From Adineta vaga (Eukaryota; Animalia; Rotifera), in NCBI GenBank assembly GCA_021613535.1, contig CP075497.1, forward strand, positions 4,402,001 to 4,466,000: 64,000 nt of DNA, given 5' to 3'. Below the pieces are notes generated by a model. It did not search any database. It saw only the letters and a list, made by a program, of their open reading frames with translations, and was not told where the DNA came from. A program made the position numbers and the translations under genes. Below, piece after piece: positions 42,381 through 57,038 of this stretch; position 1 is the first letter of the stretch; the number at the start of each line of letters is the position of its first letter.

Positions 42381-43318
42381 CTAATGTTTATGAAAAAGGT
42401 AATCATCATTTGTAGGAAGTCGATATCCAGTATGTCCTCCTTGATATGATGATATAGTATATAGGACATTTGATACAATATCTAAACGATCCTAAAATAA
42501 TGAAAAAAAATCGATATCATTGAATCGAAACAAAAAATAGACCTACTCGAATCAAAGAATTAAGTTCGTTCTTTGTTCTGTACGATTCTGATTCAGATGG
42601 CGATACATTGATATTCATTATTTGTGATTGAAATGCTTGTAAATTTGAACGACAATGTTCGCTACGTGCATATAAATTTTCAAGATATTGTTCACATTGA
42701 TCACGTGGTGGCTGTCTCTAGAACGATCATTGAAAAAAAAACGATTAGATTTGAGTAAGGAATAAGTTTTACTTGTTTAAGATTTTCTAATTCACTACAA
42801 ATACGTCCAAGTAAAACATCAAGAGCTTTGACATCTTTCTCTGTACTTAACAGATGTCGAAAATGTTCTTCGTGTGATCCAGTTAACTAAAATAACGGCT
42901 TTAGTTCACGTGATTTTTTATTTCGTTTTACAAACTTTTTCTCCAACTAAATGAATTTGATTTCCATTGAAAATACCAAATTGATCTAATGGTTTATTTG
43001 GACTATCATGTAAACGTTGACCTATAATTAAATAAAACACGATATAAAATCAATCATTCATTTTTCTCATTCAATAAATCATACCACGATAAAATACTTG
43101 TTGATTTACCATAGTAACATGAGATTTACCTTGTAGTTGTTCCATAAGATCTCGAACCAATGGTGGTCGATCCATATGAAAATGTATGTCATATTGATCT
43201 GAACCTAAAAGAAAGCATCGACTAAGATAAGGTTTACATATTACAAATGTTGTTTTTTACCATGTGTAACGACAAGATGTACAATACGAGCGCGACTGTT
43301 AATGTCCGTATGTGTCAT
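42381..43318 (-). CDS. Ubiquitin-like plus helical BAG-like domain protein (BAG1-like), about 6 exons; absent from the ORF track
   Basis: Spliced: IVHLVVTHG..LVRDLMEQLQ..QQVFYRGQRL..LDQFGIFNGNQIHLVGEK (Ubl) followed by an amphipathic helical region. Confidence 0.65.
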
Positions 43319-43865
43319 TATTCTGTTGATGTTTAACAAACAAATGGTACAATTAACGTTACTTTGGTATCTTCAACAATTTTTATTTTAGTTTCTATGG
43401 AGAAAGAAAAATGACTACTTCAATAGTGAGATTAATGTTATTTTACGCAGTCAACATTTAAATTAAATATTTTATATGTTTCCTTGTATGGATTAATGTA
43501 TTTGGAAAAATTATACTCTTACGTAAATGAATAAGATAGAAGAGCAGAAAAAAGATAAGAGCTCTTGTTTTCTTTTTATTCGAAAAAAAAAGAAAGAAAA
43601 GTATCCAAACTTGACAGTTTAATTGTTATCTTAACAACCTTTTGTTTGCTATTTATATAGAATGTTGAACTGTTTTCTTCCATCACGACTTTTTTGTTTA
43701 CGTTCGATCGTTTTTTGCACGTATTTCGTTTTCTTTTTCTGTTCTTTCTTGCTCTCTCTCTCTCTAACGCACTTATACAATTTAATAGCTATGAAGAATT
43801 ATAAAAAAAACTTATATGATTTTTTTCTTTTCGTGAATCGAAGTTTATAGAATCAGTCTCAACAT

Positions 43866-46800
43866 ATGGCACAGGTAAGACAACCACCACCACCTCAGAT
43901 CCCTACATTGCCTGATGTTGTTCGTTTTCAATCATCACCGTCGAGACCTGTTCCTGGACAATATGGCCCACCAGGAAATGCTCCAGGACAATATACAGGC
44001 TCATCTGCTCGACCTTTAGGACCACAACAAAATGCTTCCTATCCATCACCACAAATCGGTAACCGTCCACCACCTCCTCCTCAAATGATGAACCGTCCTC
44101 CACCACCACCACCATCATCACAGATGGTTGGTCAACCATCGTCACAAATGATGAACCGTCCACCACCACCACCACCACAATCGTCACAAATAGCTGGTCA
44201 ACCATCAGCACAGATGATTCAACGACCACCACCACCACCATCACAAATGACTGGTCATCCATCAGCTCAAATGGGCCAGCGTATGCCAACACCACAAGTC
44301 GGTAATTATCCACCATCACAGTTTCCTACTCGTCGTCCATCTCAAGCACCGCCTCCAGGCAATGTTTTTCCTAGTTCAAATAATGCACGATATGATCCAC
44401 TTACAAGCGCTATCAGTGTGCCTAGTAGTAATCATAATTCAAATTTTGAACATTCACAAGTTATAAGTCGAGCATCAAACCGATTACCATCAGGTGATCA
44501 ACAACTACCACCTTCTGTATCAAATACTGCTTCTCCATTTCAACAAAGACCGTTAAATGAATTACCATTTTCAAAATTCAATGAAGTGTGTGAAATTTAA
44601 GTTCTATTCTATGAATAGTATTCAAATACTTGTTTTTTAATAGAGAGATGCCTCAAGTGGTATACGAACAGTAAGTGATGATGATGCACTTTCAATGGTA
44701 TCTATGAATAAAAAACATCTGCCTGTTTACGCACGATTTCCATTTGATGTTACTGTAAGTATTTATTTCATTTAAAATTGTTAATTCTTCAAAATTATTT
44801 ACACAAAAAGAGAAAACTATGTAAAATAATATTGTGAGAGAACCAATTGAAAATTCTTTTTCTCTTTGTCGTTTTCTATCACTAAACGTAAAATAAAAGA
44901 TCGCATTTTGACGTTGATAGCAACAGCAACGATCGACTTTGACGACGACATATAACTTCAACAATAGAAACGACACGTTCTGTGACACGCTTGTAATAAG
45001 TGAAAAATGAGAGAATTAAAAACAAAAAGAAATGATTTTATTTTTCTCTTCTTTTTATGATAAAAATTTTAATTTGAACTAATATACTTCTTTTAGTTTC
45101 TCTCTCAACCAATGAATATGACAGTGGATAACAGTATTCAGGATCTTCGACATCGTCTTATTGAATCCGTAAATTATATTTGCAATTAATTTTCGTAATG
45201 ATAAATTCTTTTATATACAGGAGCTCGATCATCAACGTCGTACTACGGATGAATATATTAAACGAACACGTATGTTATTTCACTCGACACTCTATAGGGA
45301 TGAAAATCTCTTTTCTTTCAGCTAATTTGATATTTCTACACATTCTTATCTGTCATGAGCTATAATATTTCTATGTTTATCTATCTATTTAGATCGCATA
45401 GGGATGGAAACGGATCCGGAAACTAAAATGGATCTTGAACGAGAATTAGAAATACAAAAAATACAGGTTAAATAAACTTTTGAAATGCTAATAAAGTTTT
45501 CTAATTAATTATTTATTTTCATTCTTAAAGGCGTCTTTAAATAGTGGTCGTCGATCACGAGCACCAGTATTATTATCTGATTATTCATATGAACCTCGTA
45601 CTCAATTACAACCTCTGAATGGTATTCATAATCTGTTCTGTAACTTTTAAAACGATCATTTTTATATAGAAATTCTCGACGGACCAACTTTCGCATCTTC
45701 TAATATGGATGATTTAATCGATTCGATGGCTAGACGACATTTAGCAGATCGTCAATATAATGTATGTCTATTCTATATCAATTAATTTCTATAAATCTAA
45801 GTCTATTTAGATGTCTGCTAATCAACGACATAGTGGTCGTGCAGGTTATAGTCCATATTTTGGTACATTTCAATCGTTTTTATTTCGTTTTCAGTAAATA
45901 TGAAGATGTTGTTGTTGTTTTTATGTAATAGAATCTTCTCCACTTGGACGGCGAGTGACATTACGAAGTCAACAACGACCGAATGATATTTATTTTACAA
46001 ATACAACACCAACAAGTTTTCTTGAGCATGGTATATTTGTTAAATATCAAATATCAGTTCAGATCATATTTTAATTTAAGATATCAATCGAACAAGTCCA
46101 CATATTTTAAATGATACGCTTCGATCTGGAAATAATGCACCTAATCATCCTCAACGTGATTTTGATAATGTCTGTATCTAGAATTGAACAGTCAGGTGTA
46201 AAATATTAGTGAATGAATCTTTATTTTCAGTTAGATACAAATAATATGATGCGTAGTGATTCCGTAACTAGACTCCCTCCGATATCAGTCGGAATGGATA
46301 CTAATCATTTCAATCGATCACAGTAATTCATCAATCAAAAATTTGAAATACATTCTTTCGATTATATATTTTCCATAGATTTCCAGCGAACTCTTCACTT
46401 TTTCTAGCTAAACATAATTTTCCTGGTTATAAAAATTATCAACAAACTGTTCCATTAAGTTTACCTGATCATAGTGAACATTTGATCGAATTACCAAGTG
46501 ATATATTTCTAACAGCTCGAAGAGGTGATTTTAATCGTTTGAATGTCAAATAAATTTAATAATGTTGCTTTAAACACTTCAATATAAACTACTTTTCTTT
46601 TCACTATCTGTGTTGTTTGTTTTTGTGCACTTTGTGTGGTTTTGTTTATTCAACTAAAACTTCATTCTATCTATGTCTGTATTCAAATCTAGATCAACTC
46701 TATACACCAATACCTCGTCTGAAAATTCAGAAAAGTAAACCACATAAATCTCGAAGACGTCGTATGTATTGAGTAATTGGTTTCGAATTGAAGTTAACCA

Positions 46801-48256
46801 TTTCTTTTCCTTCATTCTATTCGCTTAGGACAAAGTAGTTCAGAAGATTCCGAAACAGAACCATCAAATGACGATGACGATGATGATAATGACAATGATG
46901 ATGATAATGTTGATGATGGTTTATTTGCTGATAATCATCGTCGCCATCGAAGTAGACATAGACAAGGTAGAAATTAAATGAATGTGTATATACATTGATC
47001 TGTTAATTATCATTTGTTACTGTAGAAGAACAAGGATTCTTCACCGAAAGAAATCCTCAACAACGATCGAACAAGAAATCAAAACATCGTAAGCAATTAT
47101 TTCGAAAAGCAATTATTGCAGTTCTCTTTATAAAAGTTCTCAAACAGCGTGCTAGTAGAAGTCGTTCAGTAAGTGACAAGAAAATGACTTTTCTTTCATA
47201 TAAAAGTTGACTGAAAAAAAAACACGTTTATTTTGAAGAAAAGTTCCAGACAATCATTGAGTGCAACAATTCATAAAATTCGTTTACAAGAAATTATGGT
47301 TGCATTACATCGAGTTTATCTCGAACCGGAAGGTCCCATTTACAATGCACTTATTCAAGCGATTGTAAATCCAGTTGAATTGAAGAATGCATTGAATCCA
47401 TCATCGAAATCTTATTCTCAAGCAATCTATGTTATTGCTGATGCCTTGAAAAATATTATTTCAAGAATTGTTGATTTTATGGTAAAAATATTTTCATAAG
47501 AAAGAAATATTTCATTAGAAAGTTCTTTTTGGTAGCCAAAAGATGGTGTCCTTGGAACATCGAAGACATCAGCGATAGCAGCTTTAATTCAACCTGGAAA
47601 TCCATTTCCAGAAAATTATTTTTGGCAATGTGAAAGAGTATGTTCAATCATAATGTTTTTTTTCAGGAAATGAAATTAAATGAGTATTTAGGAACTTCTT
47701 GACTTCAATAAAACAAGACTTGTTAATATAACAAAACAACGAGCAATAATTTTAATTATTGGTTCTTTCATTTTTCGAGGATTAGTGACGACGGTAGATG
47801 AAACTTTTCTAATTCAATAAAAACTAATTTCTTTTCGTTCAAGCTTCTTACTAAACCAATTAAATATCGATTATTGCTCGGTCAATTAACACCGAATCAA
47901 GCAGCTAGTCTGAAAGTGCTAGCATCGGTTATATTTTATGTCGGTCGACGAGCTGTCAAATCTCATCCACAAATATTAGTAAGTTAGAAACAAAATAATA
48001 GAATAGAATAATTTCTGTTCTCTATAGTCTTTACCACAAGAATGGAGTCTTTCTTTGTACAATGATGCGGCGATTAAACCTATTGTTCAACATTCAGAAA
48101 TAAAACCAATTATAGCAATGTGTGAAGTAAGTTTTATTTTCTTAATTTAGTAAACTATTTAAGTGTTATATTCTCTTTCAGCAATCATTACGTACTTGGG
48201 CTGAACAATATATCCGTCGAATTGATCAAAGTTTTGGCAAAGAATTACGAGCTTGA
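43866..48256 (+). CDS. Uncharacterised multi-exon protein: Pro/Gln-rich N-terminus, disordered middle, helical C-terminal domain; possibly two genes split near 46550
   Basis: Chain of exons with GT-AG introns from ORF 43866 through 47233 to the stop at 48254-48256. Confidence 0.6.
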
Positions 48257-48873
48257 ATATAATCATTAACTTTTTTTCCTCTTTTCTTGATTTACAATTT
48301 GTTTGATTGTTTCTCTTGCTCTTAATATACACAAATGAATTCACGGACAGGTTCTACTGTCAAGGACATCATCATTTTTTTTCTTTTTCTCGTTTACTAC
48401 AGAATTCTTGAGGGAAATCGTTTCTCCGTTGGGTTTTATTTATCTTCTTGTATTAGTATTCTAAGGCGTTGTCTGATTATTCCATACAAGCGCGAAAGTA
48501 AATTAATTTAAGTATCCGTTCTCTAGCGGTTGGTTAGCCGAACGATCGACCGAACTTCTTATGCATATTCAGTTTGTTTTTCATTATAAGTTTCTTTCGT
48601 TTATTTCTTATGATTACTCTCCGAACAAATGTGGTATGAAATGAAAACAAGTGTCGAGAAAGAGAGGAAAAAAGAAGAAGAAGAAAAAGAATTCAATCAC
48701 AATTGCCAACAATATAAAAAGAAACTCGAGGGAAAGAGAAAAAAAATGACTTAGAACGATGTAAGCTGTACAGGACGGCATTCACATGACTCTTTGTGTG
48801 TATATATATATATATATTCTTGTTAACATTCATAAAAAGGATTATTTTGACTAGAATCATTATCAATGGCTGA

Positions 48874-51800
48874 TCAATTAGTAATGTCGGTAAGAATTGT
48901 TTGTAATGATTGTAAACGAGATGATGTACATTGAACTGATTTATAATTATCATCTTGTGTATTCATTGTACTTGTACTATCAGTTATTGGTGATATATTC
49001 AGATCTTCAGGTTTCATTTCCATTTCTTCTATAGAACAAAAGAAAGAAAAAACAAATTTTGGTATTGAAATATCGATAATGATGTGTATACAAAAATAAA
49101 CATTCAACTAAGCAACAACAAATCAATATTACAACAAATAAAATAAATGAACCAAAATGAGGAAAAAAACGATTGATCATGCATGTTATTGAAAACAAAT
49201 AGGGTATAGGGAAATGGTTAAAACGGGAAATAGCGTAAATTGTATTTATAATTCTAATATATTAACTTACAAGTTTTCATTCCAATCATCACAATGGATG
49301 GTCCTCTAAAGAGATGTACTGGTTAAAATCTTGTTCATTTCAAAAATTTCTCGTGCTTGTACGTCCTTTTTTTTCCTCATTAGTAAAATTATATCAATCA
49401 AAATAGAAAATTATATAGTGTGAGTGTATGATTACGAAACGTAATTCAATAAAATAATATATAGATACATAGATATATAAAGTGCTCGTTGTGATTATAT
49501 TTCGATGAAAACGAACAGATAAAGAATATCGTACCTAAATTTCAAATGATTAAAAATTCATAAGTTGATTTTTGTATTCTTTTTTATTTAGACTTTTGCC
49601 ACATGACAATGAGGATTGTCTATCCTCGGACTAGGTCGAATCATTGGTGTACGTTCTTCATTGTCACGTCCTATATGATGAATGAAATATCGACACTAGA
49701 ATTTCTAGTATAAATATTAGGAAGAATAATACTAATTAGAAAAAGAAAACAAATAGATGGGTCGCCTAGAGATTATAATGCTCGGCTACATGAGAAAATA
49801 AATGACGACAAATGAGCGCCTAAACAAATGAAATAAACATTATCAGGAATGACACACAGAAATGTGTATAAGTGTAGAGCAAAAGATAGAGCTAGAGCTT
49901 TTCCTCTTGATTAGTTTTTTTTCCAAAGAAAAATATAAGAATACCATCAAGGGGACGAGAAGTGCTCTAAGATAAAATATTCCGTAAACATAAACAGATG
50001 TGTACGACTAATATATAGATATATCTACATGTATGTTGTGATTCTTCTTGAATATAGCAATGAAGAAGAAACATGTATGAAAAATGGCAAAGATTAGGTT
50101 TTAGGAAGAAAAAATTGAAGCCTAGTATGATGAATGAAAAGAAGAAAGAAAGAAAATGGAGATTATAGCATGGTTATAGGATGTTATACCTTCGAGATAT
50201 GCTTGAAAATTACTATTGACTAAATAAAAGAAAAGATTAACTAAATATTCTTGCTATCAAGGATTGCATAAGAGAACTTTTGATTTTATATTTAATACTA
50301 ATCTCTTTTCCTTCAAAGAATATTCTTTGATATAAAAGTCTAAACAATAACCTTACCAATTCGATTATGAACAGCATTGTTTTCACTCATACCAAATTTG
50401 GCAGCCATACCACCACCGCCCTGTTTAATAAGATTCTTTCGAGGTCCGCCACTAGATGGTGGTGCACCCTGCATACTTATCGATCCACCTGGTTTTCCAG
50501 TATCCATACCAAACTTATTCATTGCTCCACCACCACCGCCACCGCCACCTGGTGGACCACCACCACCACCTGGACCTCTTGCTGGTCGAACAGGTTCTAC
50601 AGCCATTACTCTTCGTCGTTTTTTCGGTAATTTCGATCTTGCTTGTGTATGAGAATAATACATAGCAAAATTAGCCACAATAACTGGTACGGGCAAAGCA
50701 ATCGTCAAAACACCTGTTAATGCACATAAACCACCGACCATCATTCCAATATAAGTTTTTGGTACCATATCACCATAACCAACGGTAGTCATTGTGACAA
50801 TAGACCACCAAAGTCCAATAGGTATGGATGTAAAATCATTGTCGGGATTGTTTTGTAGACGTTCAGCATAATAAATTAATGAAGCAAATATGACAATAAA
50901 GAGAACGAGAAAAAATATGAGTAAGATTAATTCACGCATTGATGCTGTAAATGTATGAATAAGAATTTTTAATCCACCATAATGTCTGGTTAATTTAAAT
51001 AAACGAAATATACGTGTAATAGAGAGGAATTCAAATAATTCAGTATTTGTAAATGATTTTGGTAAGATTTTATTAAATAGGATATCTAAATAGAATGATA
51101 ATGTTGCAAGGAAATCAATGATATTCACAGGTGATCTAAGAAAGGCCAATTTCTTTGGAGATACAATAAAACGTGTAATAATTTCAAATGTAAACCAAAC
51201 TAAATAAAAGCAAACATTGAAATATCTATCAATCACATGATATGATATTTACCATTGCATACTATTTCAATATACTGAAACGCTTCATGTGGATCAGTTC
51301 GTTCTTTATGTAATGTATAGGTTGGTGTTATATTTGTGAAATTATTTTTAATAAGCTCTATGGTTGGTACACGCATAGTTGGATGTGTTTTTAAACAAAA
51401 GGAAACAATGGAAACAAGGATGAAAAAGATTGAAACAACTTGTATTGCCTAAGATGATCATGTTGAAAATGAAATTGATTTAAAACTAAATGACCTATTT
51501 ACTTTAGCAGCACTACTGGAATAAGGTTCTTCAAATAATTGCCATATACGTGGTTGAATACGTTTGAACCATGGTAATGTTTTCATATATTCTTGTAAAC
51601 TCATATTTTTATGACGAATAGTTGGATCATAATCCCAACCGAATTTTCGCGGAATTTCTTCTTCTGTAATTGGTTCTGCATCAAGATCTAAGCGATCGAG
51701 ACCAACAAGAACATCTTGTGTATCTCTAAAAAAATGAATATCGAATGCTAGACAAACCAAATCTTATCTTTTTCTTTTCTGCTTTACCGATGCGTTGTAT

Positions 51801-52165
51801 ATGTCATCCAACAGCAAGGTTCAACTTGATTAGAATCAAGACCCCAATATTCAAGTTCTGTTTCAAATAATGGGCCACAAACATCAGTGGGATAATGTAA
51901 TTTACCAGTACGATAATAGTTAAGTATTTGGGCAAAGACACCTGGATGTCGATCGAAATAGAATTCATTTAGGACAGCATCATAATTTGATAAAGCTTCT
52001 GTAAGACGGGAGAGACGTGTAGCTGGTATTTTTTTCAATGTAGCTTTGTCTTTTAACAGAAAAAAAAGAGATATGAAATTATTTCATATGAACTTATGCA
52101 TACATACATGTTTCATGACGAATACCACCTACATTTAAAATAACCCGATTATCGGCATCGGCCAT
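48874..52165 (-). CDS. Shaw: Voltage-gated K+ channel, Shaw/Kv3 family
   Basis: [27 protein letters not shown]1 domain, S4 [11 protein letters not shown], pore TMTTVGYGD and PVPVIV; the last exon is ambiguous. Confidence 0.95.
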
Positions 52166-55100
52166 ACGATATATATCAACAACTATCAAGAAGGTTCCAG
52201 AATTAATTTGAACGAAAAGCACATCGATAGTAATGATGATGTACTTGTTTGCGGTTTGAGCCGTCAGATCAAGACGTAACAAGAACGAATTTATCTCTTC
52301 ATACATATAGCTGATGTGTGACCTGACATGCAAAGCACCGGTCAACAATAGTAGAATCTAGAATAACTAAGGACATGTCGAACCATCTCTCTCTTCGTCT
52401 ATTTTCAATAATAAATTGAAGTACACATAAGTAAAGGAAACATTCACATATATCCATATATAAAGAAATCTGACATTAGTCGACAAATTCCTCTCAAAAA
52501 AAAAGAAGTGATTGATGTGGCGGTCGGGTAATGTTACTTATAGAAACGAAGAGAAATACAAGAGAGATAAAAAAAGATGAAGAGATAGACAAATCAGCTA
52601 CATGTGAAACAAGTAAATTGTGTTGGGAATGCGATCAAGTCATGCACACACGAGTGCTTTACTGGAACAATTTTGTATGTCGCCGAGCGGCGGCAAGCAA
52701 AATTGACGATGATGATCGAATGATACGGCAACTGAAAGAGAGAGAGAGGGGGGAGGGAGGGAGGGAGAGGCGAGGGAGATGCAGGAAAGAAAGAAAAGAT
52801 GAGTGTTTCTAGTAGATGCATGGTTTTTTCAATAGAAGAAAAATTTCTTATTTTCTTTCCATAAATTATAATAAAGAAAAGGCACACCGGTAGAAAAATT
52901 GAATACACAAAGGCAAGTAGAAATCTATATATTATTCTGACATGTCTGTTATGGTATGTGATTTTTCTACGGAAGAAAATTTGATCAATTGCAAAGAAAA
53001 AACTTCTAGAACATGAAACTATTTGAAGAAGTTTTTTTGTTGTTTTCAAATTATTTTAATCACGTATTCCTTGTAAATGTCAGTAATAATAAATAGATAT
53101 CTGAAAGCAAGATAGTCAAAAAGTTAAGACGTAAGTTGCTTGTTTTTCAACCGCAGAGAAAAAGGCATTAGCAAGTTGACGAGAAACATCTTCATCTTCG
53201 ACTATATATATATATATATATATATATTTCTTGAGCATTATCTTTTCTTAAGGCTAAGTGTCGAGAGAGAAAAAATGATTGTGAGATATGTAAAAGTAAT
53301 GAGACTTATTCGGATTTATTCTATCTTTTCTCATCTTGTCTAGTGCTGCTGGCTTCTCTTAAAATATATCTATGTGTTTGTAAATGATGACAGTCAAATC
53401 AAAAAACGATCTAACATTCAGACGCCTGGTAGGCGCAAACCAGATCATTAGTCTTTGGATCATCGACATATAGAACAGATAGAAGGAAAGACAGACATAG
53501 ATGAAGTGTCAGAGAAGACAGGTTCAGATCAATAATTTTTCTTCGAACTTTATCAACAAAATATTTTCTTCCAGTAAGTCTTTTGAAGTCAATGTCTTAG
53601 AGAAGACAAAGATAAATACTACTTTTATATACTGTCAACAAGCATGTTGACAATGCTTTTCCATTTACAAATAACTCACCTTGACAATATAATTATAATA
53701 TTTGCTTGCGGGCACAATCTCCCCGTGTTTCTCTGTTCAATCCAACCAAGTAGAATTGATCATGGAACACGGATAAGAATAAGGGAAACTCTAGAAAAGA
53801 GAAACAACTAGACTGAAGAAAAGGATGAAGAAAAAGAAGAAAAAGAAAAGAAACATGCAAAATAAAAGAGATTAAATCGTTGACGTGTTAGATGCTGTGA
53901 CTGGAGAAGCTTGCTTTAGTCTTTTCCGTTAGTATATCTTAGCATAAACATATCTAGCAAATAGAAGGGGAAGAGAGAAAAATTATATAATTGAGAGATG
54001 TGCGACGACGCTGAAAGAAGGACTCAGCAACAGAGCACAAAAAGGAAAGAAACGATGAGAGAAAAGCGTTTTCTTTGTCATCAGGTGAAAACAAAGATGT
54101 TTGATCTATGAATTGTCATATTACAGTAAATACAAAGAAAAATAACAAGTAATTACTTATTGCATAAAAACGAAATGAGAATCTATACATAAATATAAAT
54201 ATAAATATAAATATATGAAAATATGGAGAGAAATAGACGACCATAGGGCTTTGTCTCTTCTTTCTTCCCATTCTCTCTTTCTTTCTTCATTCATGATTGT
54301 CTTCGTTTGAAAAGCAAAAGAATGTCAATAAGAAAATTACAGGATGAACATATATTTTTGAGGAATAAAAAGAAAATATGATTTTTAAACAAAAGAAACT
54401 GTTGTAACGATAATGAAGTAAAAGAGAAGGACATGAGTGACAAGAAGACCGGTAAGCATCTATCAGCACTCGAATCGACAGCTAATTTGTAAAGCATATA
54501 GATGAAAGATCGCTACGCATCTGTATGCAAGAATATGTATGAAAATGGCAAACAGCAGCTTGATTAATGTCAAACAATGATGCTTGGAAGCTTCTCGCCG
54601 TGCTTGACACGCACTCTGATAAACGTTGATGGACAAAAAAGTCTTCATCACAAGCAACAATTGTGATAGCAATAGAGAAAAATCTTGTACAGATCTAATA
54701 ATATTAGCGCAAGAGAAAGACAAGAAGGAAAATAGATATACGAAGATGACTATTTCGAAATAATGTTAACAACTAAGTCGATGCAATATCCTGTCGTCGA
54801 TGTTATTAATAAAACTGACAAGACAATATAAATGATTTACTGCAAAACATCTTTATATGAGCATGTTTGAAAAAGAAAACGAAGAAGAAGACCATAAGAG
54901 TTGTACTTACGTGAGCATGTTGAGTCGTATAGTATCATGCAATGATTTCCTTTGTATACTCAACTATGCTTCTGTTCATCATTACGAGATGTTAGCGTGC
55001 TAAATGTGCGTATGTTTGTGAATATGCGAAGAACAATTCTGACAACAACGACAATAATAGAGAAGAAGTAGACGGAAAGTATTTCATTACGGTGACGATT

Positions 55101-56296
55101 TCTTCTCTCATTACTTGTTGTTGTTACTGCTGCTATTGCTGTTAGCATTATCTTTTCTTTTCAATCTCTGTATTCATCCTAAAAACACATGTTTTTCTTG
55201 TCTAAATATAATGCAAGCTGTAGAACAAGTGATGATTGTAATGGGAAAAGCAATGGAAAAGGAATTCTTTCGTTTCTTTTTCTCTTCTACTTTCTCTCAT
55301 TACTATTTCTTTTGGTTTTTCCTCTTGTTCTTGTTCTTGTTCTTGTTCTCTCTTCCAATGCCTTATCAAGACGATGGGCGATCGCAAATTGTAGCAAAAA
55401 AAGAATAGGACATAACAGAATAGAACGTTGTGAGAGTCGTTTTGAATGAGAGGCGAAAGATAAAGTTTCTTTTGTTCATCAATAAAAAATGCGTTTTCTT
55501 TCGCTCCGTTTTTTTTCTCTTCTCTTGTTTTATTCTTACATAGTTCTGCTGTCGTCTCCGCTTTTCACATCGTCTTGTTGGCGACCAAATAAAGGGAGAA
55601 GAGATGCAACAAAGCATCTAGGCTATTTCCCGTTTTGTTTCTAAGATCACTTTCGCTTTTATTTCCTTTTTCTTCTTCTCTCTCTCTCTCATTCTCTCTT
55701 TCTCTTTCTCTCATTCTTTTTTTCTTTCCCTTGTGAGTTTACTTTCGTTAATTATCAACCGTTCAATTCAATGTTTCCTAATCATAAAACATTGAGCAAT
55801 CCATGTGCATAAATCTTTTTTTGATAACATCAACCAGACGGCTTTGCTAACACTAACTCAAATTTGTGTTCTGGCATTATTGATCTTTTGCAATGATATA
55901 GATAAAGATATGACAAAACAATTAAATCTGTTGTAATATTCAATCGAAAGCAAAACTAATTAAATTATATTCTCTACGTAGTTCTTCTGCGTGTCTTTTC
56001 CGTATAATTCAATCAAAAATATAGAAAATCTTTGTCATCATTATGTACATACTAATCAATGTTAAAGACTATAGAATCAATGAATACATATACTATATTA
56101 CATGTTATTGTGCAAGACTTGCCACGTATAGAATGACAGCGTGGCAAGGAAAAAAAATACATCGCGTAAATGATGACGCACTCTTTTTCTTTCTTTTTTG
56201 TAAAGAAGCAAAACATTATTCATGTAACTATATGTATAAAAAGTATTAACATTTTTCTATTTTATCAAACGTAAAATATTCAAATACGAACATAAA

Positions 56297-56959
56297 ATGG
56301 GTTCATCTATAGGAAAAATCATGTCTACTCTTTCCAAACAGAAAGATACACGTATACTCCTGACTGGTCTCGATGCAGCTGGTAAAACAACGATTCTTTA
56401 TGCTACAAAACTTGGTGAAATTATCACAACTATTCCAACAATTGGTTTCAACGTAGAAACAGTCGAATATAAAAATCTAACATTCATAGCTTGGGATGTT
56501 GGTGGCCGTGACAAAATTCGACCATTGTGGCGTCATTATTTACAAAATATGTCAGCAATTGTTTTTGTTGTCGATTCGAATGATGCAGAACGAATGGAAG
56601 ATGCAAAAGAAGAATTGCATCGTCTAGCAAGTGAAGATGAACTTCAAAATGCAGCAATTCTTGTCCTTGCTAATAAACAAGATTTACCAAATGCTTTATC
56701 ACTTGAACAAATCAAAGAGAAACTTGACTTATCTAAATTCGATAAGCGAAATATCAAATGGCATATACAAGCAACGATAGCTACTCAACGTGAAGGTATC
56801 GAGGAAGGTTTTAAATGGTTAGCAGAAGTTTCGAAACCAGAAACTAATTTGAAAGAACCAATCATCGAAACCGTCAAAGATTCTGTAACTATGAAAAATG
56901 ATCTATTAAATGCTTGGAATTCAATTGATTGGAAATCGTTAACAAGCAAATTTATTTAA
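56297..56959 (+). CDS. ADP-ribosylation factor-like small GTPase (Q71R, C-terminal extension), intronless
   Basis: MG start, [35 protein letters not shown] and NKQD. Confidence 0.92.
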   Translation: MGSSIGKIMSTLSKQKDTRILLTGLDAAGKTTILYATKLGEIITTIPTIGFNVETVEYKNLTFIAWDVGGRDKIRPLWRHYLQNMSAIVFVVDSNDAERMEDAKEELHRLASEDELQNAAILVLANKQDLPNALSLEQIKEKLDLSKFDKRNIKWHIQATIATQREGIEEGFKWLAEVSKPETNLKEPIIETVKDSVTMKNDLLNAWNSIDWKSLTSKFI

Positions 56960-57038
56960 AATTTTACAGAACTAAATTAATTTATTGCGAATTGTTTTAA
57001 ATGATATCATGTAAATAAAGTCTTCGAATTATTTTTCT

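Noticed and set aside
43903-44319. Val-rich antisense ORF
   Set aside because: Shadow of the poly-Pro coding strand.
48400-48560. GC-richer block resembling a tRNA or ribozyme
   Set aside because: No cloverleaf or valid hammerhead core; probably overlapping 3' UTR sequence.
50367-50665. Plus-strand Pro/His/Thr-rich ORFs and a CCACTAGATGGTGG CTCF-like match
   Set aside because: Antisense shadows of the Gly-rich Kv3 exon; the motif is explainable by coding constraint.
52300-55700. Many short ORFs upstream of Shaw
   Set aside because: Purine/pyrimidine-skewed 5' UTR, intron and promoter sequence without coherent coding signal.
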